A stretch of 64,000 bases of DNA from Candidatus Atabeyarchaeum deiterrae (GCA_037310415.1 CP147780.1:1888001-1952000), one strand, 5' to 3'. Shown: positions 9,480 to 19,757, counted from the stretch's first letter. Notes: a model not told the origin generated them from the sequence alone. Numbers and translations: made by a program.

Positions 9480-10395
9480 GTCTATTAACCTCCTCCAGTA
9501 CACCCTCTCTAATCAAACTAGAAACAACTGGGCTGAGCTTTCTGCTGTTCTCAAGAGGATCTAATCCACAGAGACATGTGCGATCGCCTTCTCTCTGCAC
9601 ATAGAATTTGAATAATGGGACTCCAAACTCATCGTATATCTTCGATGAGATCTCAGCCACAGTCCGATCACAGATATTGTTGGTTTCGGGGTCAACGGGT
9701 ACTCCGAAAATAGATTTATACGCGAGTGGCTGCCCGAATAATGGCTGCACACAAACGGTGTAACGTCTATTCATAGTCAGCCTTCTCATGATGCCTCTGA
9801 GAGCAAGCTCAGAATTCACTATCCTGTAACCATAGCTTGGAAACGGTGTAACCGGGAAGATCAAGATAGGAAGATCAAACTGTGAGATCACGTCTTCAAC
9901 AGAGTCGGTGACCAGGTACGGCGAGACAGGTATTCCAGCCTTCAATGATCTCAGCAACAAGATAGGGGCCCTGTAGACGTCAAGGGCATCTGAACACTTC
10001 GGAATGACAGGGTTACCTAAGAGGTCAGCATGTAGGGACACATAGTAGCCCATCTTCATGTAGCGATAGTCCCGACTGACATTGACAACGAAAGAACCTC
10101 TTGGCGATGATCCCAGGAACTGCCTTGCGCCTATCGTTCTGACTCCTTCAAGTGACGGAATCGGAATGTCAGAGACGACTAACAAACTTGCAGTCTTGAC
10201 GACGGCTTCATCTCTGATGGAGTTTCTCAACTCATCATGGCATGAATCAGCACACTGATCAACAAAAGCCGACGAGCCAATCCTTATGCCATTGCCGCCA
10301 GGGTCGAGGTCGGAATCCGGGTCAGAACCCGTATCCGAATCTGAATCCGAATCGGAGTCCTCATCATCACCTGATGAGGAATCACCTTCACCCAC
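9469..10395 (-). CDS. RimK-like ATP-grasp N-terminal (RLAN) domain protein with Asp/Ser-rich N-terminal tail
   Basis: VVNVSRDYRYMKMGYYVSLHADLLGNPVIP is the RLAN signature; degenerate ATP-grasp-like C-half; overlaps the downstream ligase. Confidence 0.8.
   Translation of the reverse strand: MGEGDSSSGDDEDSDSDSDSDTGSDPDSDLDPGGNGIRIGSSAFVDQCADSCHDELRNSIRDEAVVKTASLLVVSDIPIPSLEGVRTIGARQFLGSSPRGSFVVNVSRDYRYMKMGYYVSLHADLLGNPVIPKCSDALDVYRAPILLLRSLKAGIPVSPYLVTDSVEDVISQFDLPILIFPVTPFPSYGYRIVNSELALRGIMRRLTMNRRYTVCVQPLFGQPLAYKSIFGVPVDPETNNICDRTVAEISSKIYDEFGVPLFKFYVQREGDRTCLCGLDPLENSRKLSPVVSSLIREGVLEEVNRHVQ
10301..10386 (-). repeat. Degenerate hexamer repeat (GAYTCN) encoding an Asp-Ser dipeptide tract
   Basis: Encodes GDSSSGDDEDSDSDSDSDTGSDPDSDLDP. 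Confidence 0.8.
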
Positions 10396-10925
10396 TACCT
10401 TTTACACTCCTTGCTTCAGATAGGACATCCAAACGTTCCAGTTGTCTATAGTATATCGACTATATTTAAGCTTTATCTCAAAAATATATGAGTAGGTCGA
10501 TTAATCCTCATGTTCTGCCGCAAATCGACACAAGTTGAGGATCTTGAGTTTAATCTCTTGATTGCAGGCCCCTCAATATTCCGATCAATACAGTATCGTG
10601 AAGTCCTTAGATGATAAACATGTTCCTGTGAAAAGCAAAGAATTCTGGTCCAGCGATGAAGATAGCTCTATAGGAGAGTCGTACGGATAGCGAATCTTAT
10701 TCATGGGATGTCTGGAAATGAGGAACACTAACATCAGCAAGACAAGAGATAGACAAGGTCACGAAATTGGATTATCCACGACAAGTCTCCTGAGACTGTT
10801 CAACAATGCAATGATCCGAGAAAGAGAAAGCTTTTCTATTCGGAGATTACTAAGGATTTGAAAACGACTTACCTTTCTTGCACCGCAATCATCGACCCGT
10901 ACCTTGCGAGCAGGCGAGTAAAGAC

Positions 10926-11918
10926 ATGACTAGTCACATTATTGAGACACGCGACCTGACAAAGAAGTTTGGAACTCTCATTGCGGTTGACCGCCTCAAC
11001 ATCAAAGTTGAGCATGGTGAAGTATTCGGGCTCCTGGGCCCAAACGGTGCCGGGAAGACAACAACTATCTCGATGCTCTGCACGATTCTCAAACCCACCT
11101 CTGGAACTGCTATCGTGAACGGGTTTGACATCATCAAGCAGCCCGCTCAAGTTAGAAAGTCACTTGGGATCGTATTCCAAGAACCAAGCGTGGACGACAG
11201 GCTGACAGGGCGCGAGAACATGGTGATGCACGCCAACCTCTATGGCGTTCCGAGCAAAGTTGCGAAGAAGCGGATCAAGACGCTGCTTAAACTGGTTGAG
11301 CTAGACCAGAGAGCAGACAATCTGCTTCGAACTTATTCTGGCGGGATGCGACGTAGACTAGAAATAGCGCGAGGACTCATACACTACCCAAGAGTACTGT
11401 TTCTCGACGAGCCCACGATCGGTCTCGACCCGCAGACGCGCGAGCATATATGGAATTACATAAAGAAACTCGCGAAAGAAGAGGACATAACGATAATTCT
11501 AACGACGCACTACATGGATGAAGCAGACCAGCTATGTGATCGAATAGCCATAGTAGATTATGGAAAGATAGTTGCACTAGACACACCAGATAACCTGAAG
11601 GCGAGCCTAGGAGAAGAGACCATTACGATAAAGACATCAGAGCCTCAGAAGTTGTCTCAACTGTTGAAAGAGGCCGGGCTTGTTAGAAAGACGACCCTTT
11701 CTAGGAACGAACTGACAGTATACGTCAAGAACGGGCACGAGATCATGCCAAGGATCGTTGAAGCTGGGGCAAACGCAGGAACACGCATCGACTCAATATC
11801 GCTTCACGAGCCAAACCTCGGAGATGTTTTCCTCCACTATACTGGAAGGGCGATAAGAGAAGAGGAAGGGAAAGAGTACCATGGCATTACTGCTGCCAGA
11901 AGGAGAGGAGTGAGATGA
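10926..11918 (+). CDS. ABC-2 exporter ATP-binding subunit (DrrA-like)
   Basis: GPNGAGKTT, YSGGMRRRLE, LFLDEPT, TTHYM. Confidence 0.93.
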   Translation: MTSHIIETRDLTKKFGTLIAVDRLNIKVEHGEVFGLLGPNGAGKTTTISMLCTILKPTSGTAIVNGFDIIKQPAQVRKSLGIVFQEPSVDDRLTGRENMVMHANLYGVPSKVAKKRIKTLLKLVELDQRADNLLRTYSGGMRRRLEIARGLIHYPRVLFLDEPTIGLDPQTREHIWNYIKKLAKEEDITIILTTHYMDEADQLCDRIAIVDYGKIVALDTPDNLKASLGEETITIKTSEPQKLSQLLKEAGLVRKTTLSRNELTVYVKNGHEIMPRIVEAGANAGTRIDSISLHEPNLGDVFLHYTGRAIREEEGKEYHGITAARRRGVR

Positions 11919-12673
11919 CCGAAGCGCGCGCAATCTACACTCTCTGGCTTAGAGAAGTCAAGAGATACTTTCGAGAACGAGTAAGAGTAGTTAGTTCCTT
12001 CGTTCAGCCAGCACTCTGGTTGCTTATCTTCGGATCAGCTTTGCGCGGCACTCCGATTCCACAGTCTGGGTTCACATATCAAGAGTTCATTTTTCCGGGG
12101 ATCGTAGCGCAGACTATGCTTTTCACTTCCATGTTCATGGGTATCTCGGTCATCTGGGATAGGGAGTTCGGTTTTCTAAAGGAGGTACTTGTGGCTCCGA
12201 TATCGAGAAGCTCGATATTCATTGGAAAAATGCTTGGAAACAGCACCGATGCTCTGATTCAAGGGGTTATTACCTTCATGCTTGGCTTCATTATCCAAGT
12301 TCCCTTGAACCTTCTGGTCTTTCTTGCCGCTCTTCCACTGATGATAATGTTGACCTTTGGGCTTGTCTGCATAGGGCTAACTGTTGCGAGCTCGATGAGT
12401 AGCCTTGAGAGCTTCGGCGTTGTTCAGAGCTTCGTAACTTTGCCGATATTCTTCCTTAGCGGCGCTTTGTTTCCAACGACAACCGCTCCGGCTTGGCTTC
12501 AAACAGTCGCCTACTTTAACCCCATGACTTATGGAGTTGACGCCCTAAGAACAGTTGTGCTCGGAGGTGGAATCCCACCACTGTTCCCACTATATATAGA
12601 TATTCTAGTTGTGGTTGCATTCGATGTGGCCATGATTCTCGTCGGGACATGGGCTTTCAGCAGAAGAAAGTAG
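11915..12673 (+). CDS. ABC-2 exporter permease (DrrB-like)
   Basis: DREFGFLKEVLVAP, FLSGALFP, NPMTYGVDALR; ATGA overlap with the ATPase. Confidence 0.92.
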   Translation: MTEARAIYTLWLREVKRYFRERVRVVSSFVQPALWLLIFGSALRGTPIPQSGFTYQEFIFPGIVAQTMLFTSMFMGISVIWDREFGFLKEVLVAPISRSSIFIGKMLGNSTDALIQGVITFMLGFIIQVPLNLLVFLAALPLMIMLTFGLVCIGLTVASSMSSLESFGVVQSFVTLPIFFLSGALFPTTTAPAWLQTVAYFNPMTYGVDALRTVVLGGGIPPLFPLYIDILVVVAFDVAMILVGTWAFSRRK

Positions 12674-13020
12674 ACCCAGCTGAATTTAGCCTCTATGTGT
12701 GTATTTTGAAGTACCCTACACCACGACGTCTCCGTTAGCGTTCCGGATATCAGTTGCTCGCCTGAACGACTGATGATGAAGTCAGTTGCCCCAGCTTCTG
12801 AATATCCTTCTTTATCCTCTTAGGACCAATCAGATGAAAGCTGAACCTGTTCTCCTCTTTGAGGTCCCTCTCAAGACACTTCCTGCAACATTTTGAGGAT
12901 CGTGGGCCTGTCAAGTCTATAAAAAGGCGCAAATGCCAGTTTGGTGCGTATCGTCCGACTGCAAACAGGGATGCAAGTGGTCATAGCGGATAATAATGGT
13001 ATTAAGCTGGCCGCCGCCAG

Positions 13021-13068
13021 TTCCTCCCCACCTCCAAAGGGCGTGGGCTTCCCGCAACAGAATCGTGA
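13021..13068 (-). mobile_element. Solitary IS200/IS605-family end (left-end-like hairpin, guide and cleavage tetranucleotide)
   Basis: Minus strand reads TCAC-N13-GAAG-CCCAC GCCC TTT GGAG GTGGG-GAGGAA. No tnpA/tnpB recognised next to it. Confidence 0.55.
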
Positions 13069-13147
13069 TTATCGTCCGAAAGAATAGGTGCGGTTTTATA
13101 GGGAGGTTAATCATGAATAGAGTTTGCGACAGAAGAAGAGGTGACGT

Positions 13148-14980
13148 TTGTTGCTGAAAGGATGGAATGGAAAGATTCTCCGTGTCAATCTCACAACTGG
13201 AAAATCAACAATCCAAGTATATGACTCAACTTTTGCATCAAAGTTCCTTGGTGGACGTGGCTTCGCTGCCAAGATACTATGGGATGATCTGAAGGCGGGA
13301 GTCGATCCTTTTTCTCCTGACAACGAGCTTGTAGTCGCAATTGGTCCCCTTACTGGTCTATCGATGCCAAGCCCCGGGAAAGTTATCGTTGCGGCGAAGA
13401 GCCCACTCACGGGAGGGTATGGCGATGGAAACATAGGATCCTGGACCTCAGTCTACCTAAGAAAAGCAGGGTACGATGGCATTGTAGTCAATGGTGCGAG
13501 CAACAAGCCATGTTACATCTACATAGAGAACGACAAAACCGAGATTAACAGTGCAGACGATCTATGGGGGAGAGGAACCTTCGAAACTGAGAAGAGGCTC
13601 CACGAAAAACACGGCAAACAGACAGGTGTCCTTGTCATAGGTCCCGGAGGAGAGAGACTCATCAAATATGCCAACATCATATCCCAGGAAGGTAGGGCAG
13701 GTGGGCGACCGGGCATAGGAGCTGTCATGGGATCTAAGAAACTCAAAGCGATCGTTGTCAGCGGCAACAAGGAAATCCAATTCGCAAACCCAGCCGAAAC
13801 AAAGAAACTCGGAGCAGACGGTTACAAAGACGTCCTCGGTAAACCTAACTACAAGTTCTGGAAGCGACAGGGAACAATGTCGACGATAGAGTGGAGCCAA
13901 GAACACGGAGTACTGCCAACGTTGAACTATAAGGAAGGCTGGTTCGTCAGCGGCGGCGCGATCGGCGGAGATGCAATGGAGAAGATAAAAATAGACAACC
14001 GTGGATGCCCGAACTGCAACATGACCTGCGGAAACGTTGTAAAAGATTCTGAAGGGCAGCCCTCAGAGATAGATTATGAGAATGTTGCGATGCTTGGTTC
14101 AAACATAGGAATAGGAGATCTGAAACAAGTATCAACTCTTAACCGACTCTCAGACATCTATGGTGTTGACACGATCTCACTTGGAAGCGCTATAGGGTTC
14201 GCCATGGAAGCCTCCGAGAAGAGAATCATACAGGAATCAATAAAATGGGGAGACTTCAAAGCGGCAAAAAACCTTTTGGAAGACATAGTAGGTCTTCGTA
14301 CGCCTCTTGGTAAGACTCTGGCAAATGGCGTAAAGGCGGCGGCTCACGAATTCAAGAACGGGTCAGAAAAGTGGGCCATGCACGTCAAAGGACTAGAAAT
14401 ATCTGCGTATGATTGCCACGGAATGCCGGCAATGGCATTGTCATACGGCACTTGCTCGATAGGCGCGCATCACAAGGATGCATGGGTGATTGCTTGGGAA
14501 GCCACAACTGGGGGACCGGGCTATGGAGAAAACAAGGTGGACAAGGTAATAGACCTCCAGAGGCTAAGGGGCGGAGTTTTCGAATGTCTCACAGTGTGCA
14601 GACTTCCATGGGTTGAATTAGGATTTGACCTCGGGTTCTACCCCAAGATTCTCAAGAGCGTGACAGGAATAGACTTCACAATGGAGGACCTCTACGGGGT
14701 CGCCGACCGGGTGTGCACACTCATAAGATCATTCTGGGTCAGAGAATATGGCAAGACTTGGAGCAGAGCAATGGATATGCCACCAGCGAGATGGTTCGAA
14801 GAACCGGCTACCAAAGGACCGCAGAAGGGACAGAAACTCGACAAAAAGCAATACGACTCAATGCTCAGTCTCTACTACAAGAAAAGAGGATGGGACAACA
14901 ACGGGATACCAACGGAGCCAACTCTAAAGAAGCTGGGGCTTGAAGGTGCCGTACTGCAGCTTAAGAAAGCCATGGCTTAG
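13148..14980 (+). CDS. for: Tungsten aldehyde:ferredoxin oxidoreductase, FOR-type
   Basis: AAKSPLTGGYGDGN, ISQEGRAGGRPG.GAVMGSKKLKA, CPNCNMTC, DIYGVDTIS and C..VCRLPW resemble Thermococcales formaldehyde:ferredoxin oxidoreductase. Confidence 0.88.
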   Translation: MLLKGWNGKILRVNLTTGKSTIQVYDSTFASKFLGGRGFAAKILWDDLKAGVDPFSPDNELVVAIGPLTGLSMPSPGKVIVAAKSPLTGGYGDGNIGSWTSVYLRKAGYDGIVVNGASNKPCYIYIENDKTEINSADDLWGRGTFETEKRLHEKHGKQTGVLVIGPGGERLIKYANIISQEGRAGGRPGIGAVMGSKKLKAIVVSGNKEIQFANPAETKKLGADGYKDVLGKPNYKFWKRQGTMSTIEWSQEHGVLPTLNYKEGWFVSGGAIGGDAMEKIKIDNRGCPNCNMTCGNVVKDSEGQPSEIDYENVAMLGSNIGIGDLKQVSTLNRLSDIYGVDTISLGSAIGFAMEASEKRIIQESIKWGDFKAAKNLLEDIVGLRTPLGKTLANGVKAAAHEFKNGSEKWAMHVKGLEISAYDCHGMPAMALSYGTCSIGAHHKDAWVIAWEATTGGPGYGENKVDKVIDLQRLRGGVFECLTVCRLPWVELGFDLGFYPKILKSVTGIDFTMEDLYGVADRVCTLIRSFWVREYGKTWSRAMDMPPARWFEEPATKGPQKGQKLDKKQYDSMLSLYYKKRGWDNNGIPTEPTLKKLGLEGAVLQLKKAMA

Positions 14981-15047
14981 TACATGCTTGGCTGCAATTT
15001 GAGTATCGCTGATCGTTGAAATTAACCCAGCGAAATACTTCCCTATT

Positions 15048-16220
15048 TCACTCTATGTACGGCCTAAACTGCCAGTCATCTATTTCCGAACGGATTCTTT
15101 TTAGTATTTTGAGAGCTTTGTTTTCATCTATTTTCAGCATCAGCTTTCCGAGATGTTTGCAGAATTCCTTTTTCGGGATAACTCTATCCCAGTCGGCGCA
15201 GTCGTGAAGGATGATTCTGTTCGGGATGTCGATCAGAATGTGGTATTCCCGGACGGATGCTTTCAAAACTGAATCAGAAAGCTCTTCGACTGCAACCTCG
15301 TCGTCGTTGATTTCCTTCGCCCTCCTCAACCTATCTTTCCCAGTGAATCCTTCAAGAACCCGTTCGATATCCTCCGTTGTCCACTCGTCGAGGGTTCCTG
15401 GTTCTATTCTCGACTTCTGACCGACTGAAGAGAAGTAATTCTGAATGTGAGTCTTTGCTTCAGCCTGTTCAGGCGTAAGAACCCCCAACATGTCGAGCAC
15501 TTGAAGACAATTCTCAACAGCGTAACCGTGATAGTGGTTGTTGAAGTAACCGTACACCTTGTCGACTTTGTTTTCAACTTCCTTGACTTTCGGCACCCAT
15601 GGTTTCAACTCCTCTTCTTTGTATCTGTAGTCGAACCATGGTCTTCTTCCTCTTCCATGCCACCTGAAGTACGCTATGTTTGAAGTGACGTGGAGTTCTG
15701 GCGGTAGCAAAGGTTCATCAACAATCGTGTAAGCGACCCGATACTTCGAAAGGATCTTCCACGTATCACTCGTGACCCAAGACAAGTCGCGAAACTCGAC
15801 CGCGAACGGGAACTCTTGTGGAAGAATTTCAAAGAAATTCTCGAGTCTCCCAACCTGATCGAAGTTGAACTTAGGAGGAAGTTGGATGAGTAGGCAGCCA
15901 AGCTTCCCACCCTCGAGAAGACGCCGCATCAATTCACAGAACTTGTTGAGATCGTCTTCTACCCCTTGGCTGGGATCAAGTAACTTCTCATGGGTAATCA
16001 GCTGCGGAAGTTTGGCGGTGAAGACGAAACTAGGATCGGTATATCTTAACCAACCATATACAGTTCCTTCGGTTGGATAACGATAAAACGTGGAGTCTAT
16101 TTCCGCTGTCTGGAAGACTCTATTATATGCACGAAGCTTGCTAACTTTCTTGAACTTATAGAAGGGTTCTACCCATTCCTCATAACTCCAACCGGACGTC
16201 CCAAGCGCAATGTATCCCAA
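15048..16220 (-). CDS. DUF72 (YecE-like) protein with C-terminal SWIM-type zinc finger
   Basis: GTSGWSY, EIDSTFY, LIQLPP, AVEFR, YFRWHG, YFNNH; C-terminal HDCADW...FCKH. TTG start at 16220. Confidence 0.88.
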   Translation of the reverse strand: MGYIALGTSGWSYEEWVEPFYKFKKVSKLRAYNRVFQTAEIDSTFYRYPTEGTVYGWLRYTDPSFVFTAKLPQLITHEKLLDPSQGVEDDLNKFCELMRRLLEGGKLGCLLIQLPPKFNFDQVGRLENFFEILPQEFPFAVEFRDLSWVTSDTWKILSKYRVAYTIVDEPLLPPELHVTSNIAYFRWHGRGRRPWFDYRYKEEELKPWVPKVKEVENKVDKVYGYFNNHYHGYAVENCLQVLDMLGVLTPEQAEAKTHIQNYFSSVGQKSRIEPGTLDEWTTEDIERVLEGFTGKDRLRRAKEINDDEVAVEELSDSVLKASVREYHILIDIPNRIILHDCADWDRVIPKKEFCKHLGKLMLKIDENKALKILKRIRSEIDDWQFRPYIE

Positions 16221-16501
16221 TAGAAGCGCCACCGAAACAAAGTAGAAAGCAGTTCTCACGATATTTAAGTAGTAGCCTAGACGGCAAACCAGGGTTCTCT
16301 GATTCTCTGAGAAGATTGAAATAAGATGGACATGTGGAAGATTAATCAGAGAAATAAGATGCTCGTGGAACTAAGCGACGGGGAATCCTTGTGGGTAGCG
16401 AATATTGGTTTGAGACTTCGAGCAGAGCCAATAGTCTACAAAAAATGCTTAAATACCTACTCGCTGACAGTGGGTAACGTCAGCAGTCTGCTTGAGGGGG
16501 C

Positions 16502-17344
16502 ATGGGTGAAACGAGTCAGAAAGAGAGAATTCTCTCCAGACTCAGCGAAGGGCGTTTGCTTCAACTGGCAAGACTCGTCTCACAGACGCCAATTCACGCT
16601 GCCACAAGCAAAGAAGAGCTAATCAATATGATTAAGGGGTCTCTCAGCATCGAAGAAATCAAAGATCAGATAAACTGGATTGAAAATGCTCCCCAATCTC
16701 TCGTTGCCCCAAAGGGATTTGGAAATGAGCTTATAATCGGTGGCATAGGACAAGTATTCCTCATAGTTTCCACCTTAGTTTTCAATCTGGGATATTACGC
16801 CTCATCTTACCAATCGGGGTCCTTGACCCCAACTCAGGGGATTGAATTACTGGGTTTCTGGGGTATTGTGGGCTCAGTCTTTCTCATCACTTTCGCCATA
16901 TTGTTCTTGGCATCGATGTTAGTCGGGCGCTGGATATTTTCTGGCAACCGTGTAGGATTAGCCAGCGGTGTAGTGGCCTTCGTTGCCTCCATGATCAACA
17001 TGTCATTCTATGTTCTCACATTCTTTGGGATGACTTACCTTCCTTCGTACTACATCCCAGGTTCATACAGCTTGCTCGGTCTAGTCATGGTGTTCCTTGT
17101 CAGCATCTTTCGAGGACTTGCATTCGTCGCTGTCGGCGCGTTCTTCCTAGTAAACTATAAACGTTTTCCAAATGGCGGACTTTGGATGGGTACAGGTATC
17201 CTGTACATGATTGCAGCAAGCAATGAACTCAGTTTCCAAGCAATAATATACTCGTATTATCCGATCGGTTTCATCTCGTTCATGCCCATGGCCATTGGAG
17301 CATTGGGTGCAAGTTGTCTCTTTACGTCTAAGTCTGGAAGATAG
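16502..17344 (+). CDS. Multi-pass membrane protein with small soluble N-terminal domain
   Basis: About 6 TM segments after residue 75; CTTAAATA TATA near 16448 and GAGGGG RBS. Confidence 0.7.
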   Translation: MGETSQKERILSRLSEGRLLQLARLVSQTPIHAATSKEELINMIKGSLSIEEIKDQINWIENAPQSLVAPKGFGNELIIGGIGQVFLIVSTLVFNLGYYASSYQSGSLTPTQGIELLGFWGIVGSVFLITFAILFLASMLVGRWIFSGNRVGLASGVVAFVASMINMSFYVLTFFGMTYLPSYYIPGSYSLLGLVMVFLVSIFRGLAFVAVGAFFLVNYKRFPNGGLWMGTGILYMIAASNELSFQAIIYSYYPIGFISFMPMAIGALGASCLFTSKSGR

Positions 17345-17491
17345 AATGCAAAGCGCGGTACGGACAGCGGCAATAGCCGTCTGAACATGGGAGGATACGG
17401 TGCACACCTTTTCTAGCCTACTTTCTGTGACAACATCTGTTCAAGGATAGATGGTCATGTTTTAAGGGATACGTCGCATCTACGTATTCTG

Positions 17492-18427
17492 ATGAGGCTG
17501 ATGGCGGAATACAGGATCGGGGCGGGTGGCTGGTCATATTTTCTGGTACCAGGCATGGATCCGCTCTCCACCTATTCAAAAGCGTTCAATTTCGTCGAAG
17601 TGAACTCCACCTTCTACGAGACGCCCCCACTCGACCAAGTCTCTCAGTGGCGCAGGAAGGTCTCTAAGGACTTTGAGTTCTCCGTCAGAAGTCACAAAGA
17701 TCTGACCCACAAGTACAAGCTCGAGCCAGTGAAGCAGGCCCATGAAACGCTCTCGAAATCGATCCAGATATGCAACGTCCTTCAGGCGCAGATTCTTCAT
17801 GTGGAAACGCCACCAAGCCTCGTGATAACCAAACGAAAAGCGGCAGCCGCAAAAGATCTCTTAAGCTCATCTAACCTGAAAAGAACAAGGGTCGCTTGGG
17901 AAATAAGGGGAATGAAAGAGGAAAAGCAGCTTCCAGATTACCTGGTCAAAACAATGCAGGACCTGAATACTATTCACTGCGTTGACATTTCAAGGAGGGA
18001 CCCTGCGTTTGACACAGACATCATCTACACGAGACTCTTCGGCAAAGGCACACATAACATCTACCAATTTGACGACAAAGAACTCAAACAGATCCATGAG
18101 AAAACCAAGAAGACAAATGAGAAGAAGGTTGTGTTAGCCTTCCACGGCTTGAAAATGTACCTTGATGCCGCGAGATTCAAAACATACAACGAAACTCTCA
18201 GCTTCCCGCCCGTAACGAAATCTGTAGGACTCTCTTCCCTCGAGCAAGTCCTGAAAGAGGACGCGCGTTTTCCTGCGACAAGGGAAGAACTCATTAAACA
18301 TCAAGGATGGAAAGTATTTGACTTCACTCCATCAGAGAGAATCCACGCTTCAGAGGTCCTTCAAAAACTGCCCAGCCGAGTATATGAAAACATAGATGAA
18401 GTCGTGAAGACACTCGACCAGATGTAA
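17492..18427 (+). CDS. DUF72 protein (second paralog) with small C-terminal helical domain
   Basis: IGAGGWSY, FVEVNSTFY, LTHKY, YTRLFG; C-terminal FPATREELI...LP.R.Y...DEV resembles DUF2795. Confidence 0.82.
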   Translation: MRLMAEYRIGAGGWSYFLVPGMDPLSTYSKAFNFVEVNSTFYETPPLDQVSQWRRKVSKDFEFSVRSHKDLTHKYKLEPVKQAHETLSKSIQICNVLQAQILHVETPPSLVITKRKAAAAKDLLSSSNLKRTRVAWEIRGMKEEKQLPDYLVKTMQDLNTIHCVDISRRDPAFDTDIIYTRLFGKGTHNIYQFDDKELKQIHEKTKKTNEKKVVLAFHGLKMYLDAARFKTYNETLSFPPVTKSVGLSSLEQVLKEDARFPATREELIKHQGWKVFDFTPSERIHASEVLQKLPSRVYENIDEVVKTLDQM

Positions 18428-18428
18428 T

Positions 18429-18764
18429 TCACGATTTCTCCTTTCTCTCCACTACTATCCTGTAATGCGCCGCCATTGCAGCGATAACTCCGAGAGCAGC
18501 CATCCAAGGAAGCAGAAAAGCTCCGATCACACCGATAGTCACAGGTATCTCTAACACATTCTGCCCTTTGTCATTCTTGACGATAATCCTCCGTACGTTT
18601 CCCTCGTTTATCAGCTTCTTGACGGTAGAGGCCAAGTTGTCCGAGGAGACCGAGATCTCCTCCTGCGAGCGACTCTGTAAGTGCGCTCCACAATTCGGGC
18701 AGTAAATCATGTAAGTTTCCACATTCTTCCCACAATCTGGACATTTCGACATGACAATTGACAT
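18429..18764 (-). CDS. Zinc-ribbon + DUF4342 protein
   Basis: CPDCG..YCPNCG; VKKLINEGNVRRIIVK..LEIPVTIG. Confidence 0.85.
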   Translation of the reverse strand: MSIVMSKCPDCGKNVETYMIYCPNCGAHLQSRSQEEISVSSDNLASTVKKLINEGNVRRIIVKNDKGQNVLEIPVTIGVIGAFLLPWMAALGVIAAMAAHYRIVVERKEKS

Positions 18765-18847
18765 CTCACTGGTTGCTTTTTCCTAATGCACGAGATAGTG
18801 CAAACTCATGAGACGATAGTTGGATGTTATTTCGAGTAGTCTACCTA

Positions 18848-19243
18848 TCATCCTCTTGACCCAGTACCGCCGAGTCTTTCTCTGAGGGATCGAAGCGCCC
18901 TTCGCAATGAGAAACCTTCTTCCTTTTCCTCCTCTCTTTTGATTCTCCTTTTCTTCGTGGCTTTGACTTCTGCCTCCTCGAGTCCCCGCATGAGAGCCTT
19001 TCTTCTAGCCTCTGGGTCACGGGTGTCAACCTTGCCGTAGCTTGGGTCCCAACCCTTCACTTTATCCAACCGATTCACGTTCAGCTCCTCAATGGTCTTG
19101 GTTAAGTCAAAGATAATCTGCCTGTCAGTTTCATCTCTGGAAGCGGCGTTCCTCAAGACATACCTTAGGTCATCTATGACCCTCTCAATATCGTCGTCCG
19201 TCAATGGCAACTCGGTTTTGACCGCCTTCTTCCTTGCCGTCAA
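18848..19243 (-). CDS. Hypothetical charged helical protein
   Basis: 131 aa ORF, GGGGTG upstream of TTG, protein-like composition. Confidence 0.65.
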   Translation of the reverse strand: MTARKKAVKTELPLTDDDIERVIDDLRYVLRNAASRDETDRQIIFDLTKTIEELNVNRLDKVKGWDPSYGKVDTRDPEARRKALMRGLEEAEVKATKKRRIKREEEKEEGFSLRRALRSLRERLGGTGSRG

Positions 19244-19757
19244 TGGTGAAAAGCACCCCTATTTCGATATCATGTCCATCTTGGCTAGTCGTGACTTGGA
19301 TGCTGGTCCTCTTCCTCACATTGGCCTGGCAAGCAGACATAAACCCGCACAGGCGCTGGGCAGATGGGCGTTCATTCGGATTGGGCAGATAGATTTTGAC
19401 TTACCCCACGTGATCATGAATCTGGGTAGTCGGAGCCGTGCTTCATGAACTGCATGGCAATATGGCTCCAAGATTAGGTTATCAGTTATTCTGATAAATC
19501 TATCTGTGAAGTCAACAGCTCAGATGAGATGATGACGTGACAAAGAACTTGTCTTGGCCGTCTCAACCTGCAAAAGAAAACAAACATCCTCTTCAAATAA
19601 CGGTCCCCTTTATGAGCGCTCCAGTTTCTGCACACTCACCTAGTTGTGCCGTGGGAAATGCTTAAGTAGACGCTCCATTCCACCCAGTGAGCCAGCTAAA
19701 CATTTATACGATATTTTGAGCGTTATTATCGAAGAGCGGAATAAAGGAGGTTGCGGC

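Noticed and set aside
12750-12932. Short ORF with SSKCCRKC as a possible tnpB zinc-finger remnant next to the IS-like end
   Set aside because: No RuvC motifs or second CxxC; similarity is too weak.
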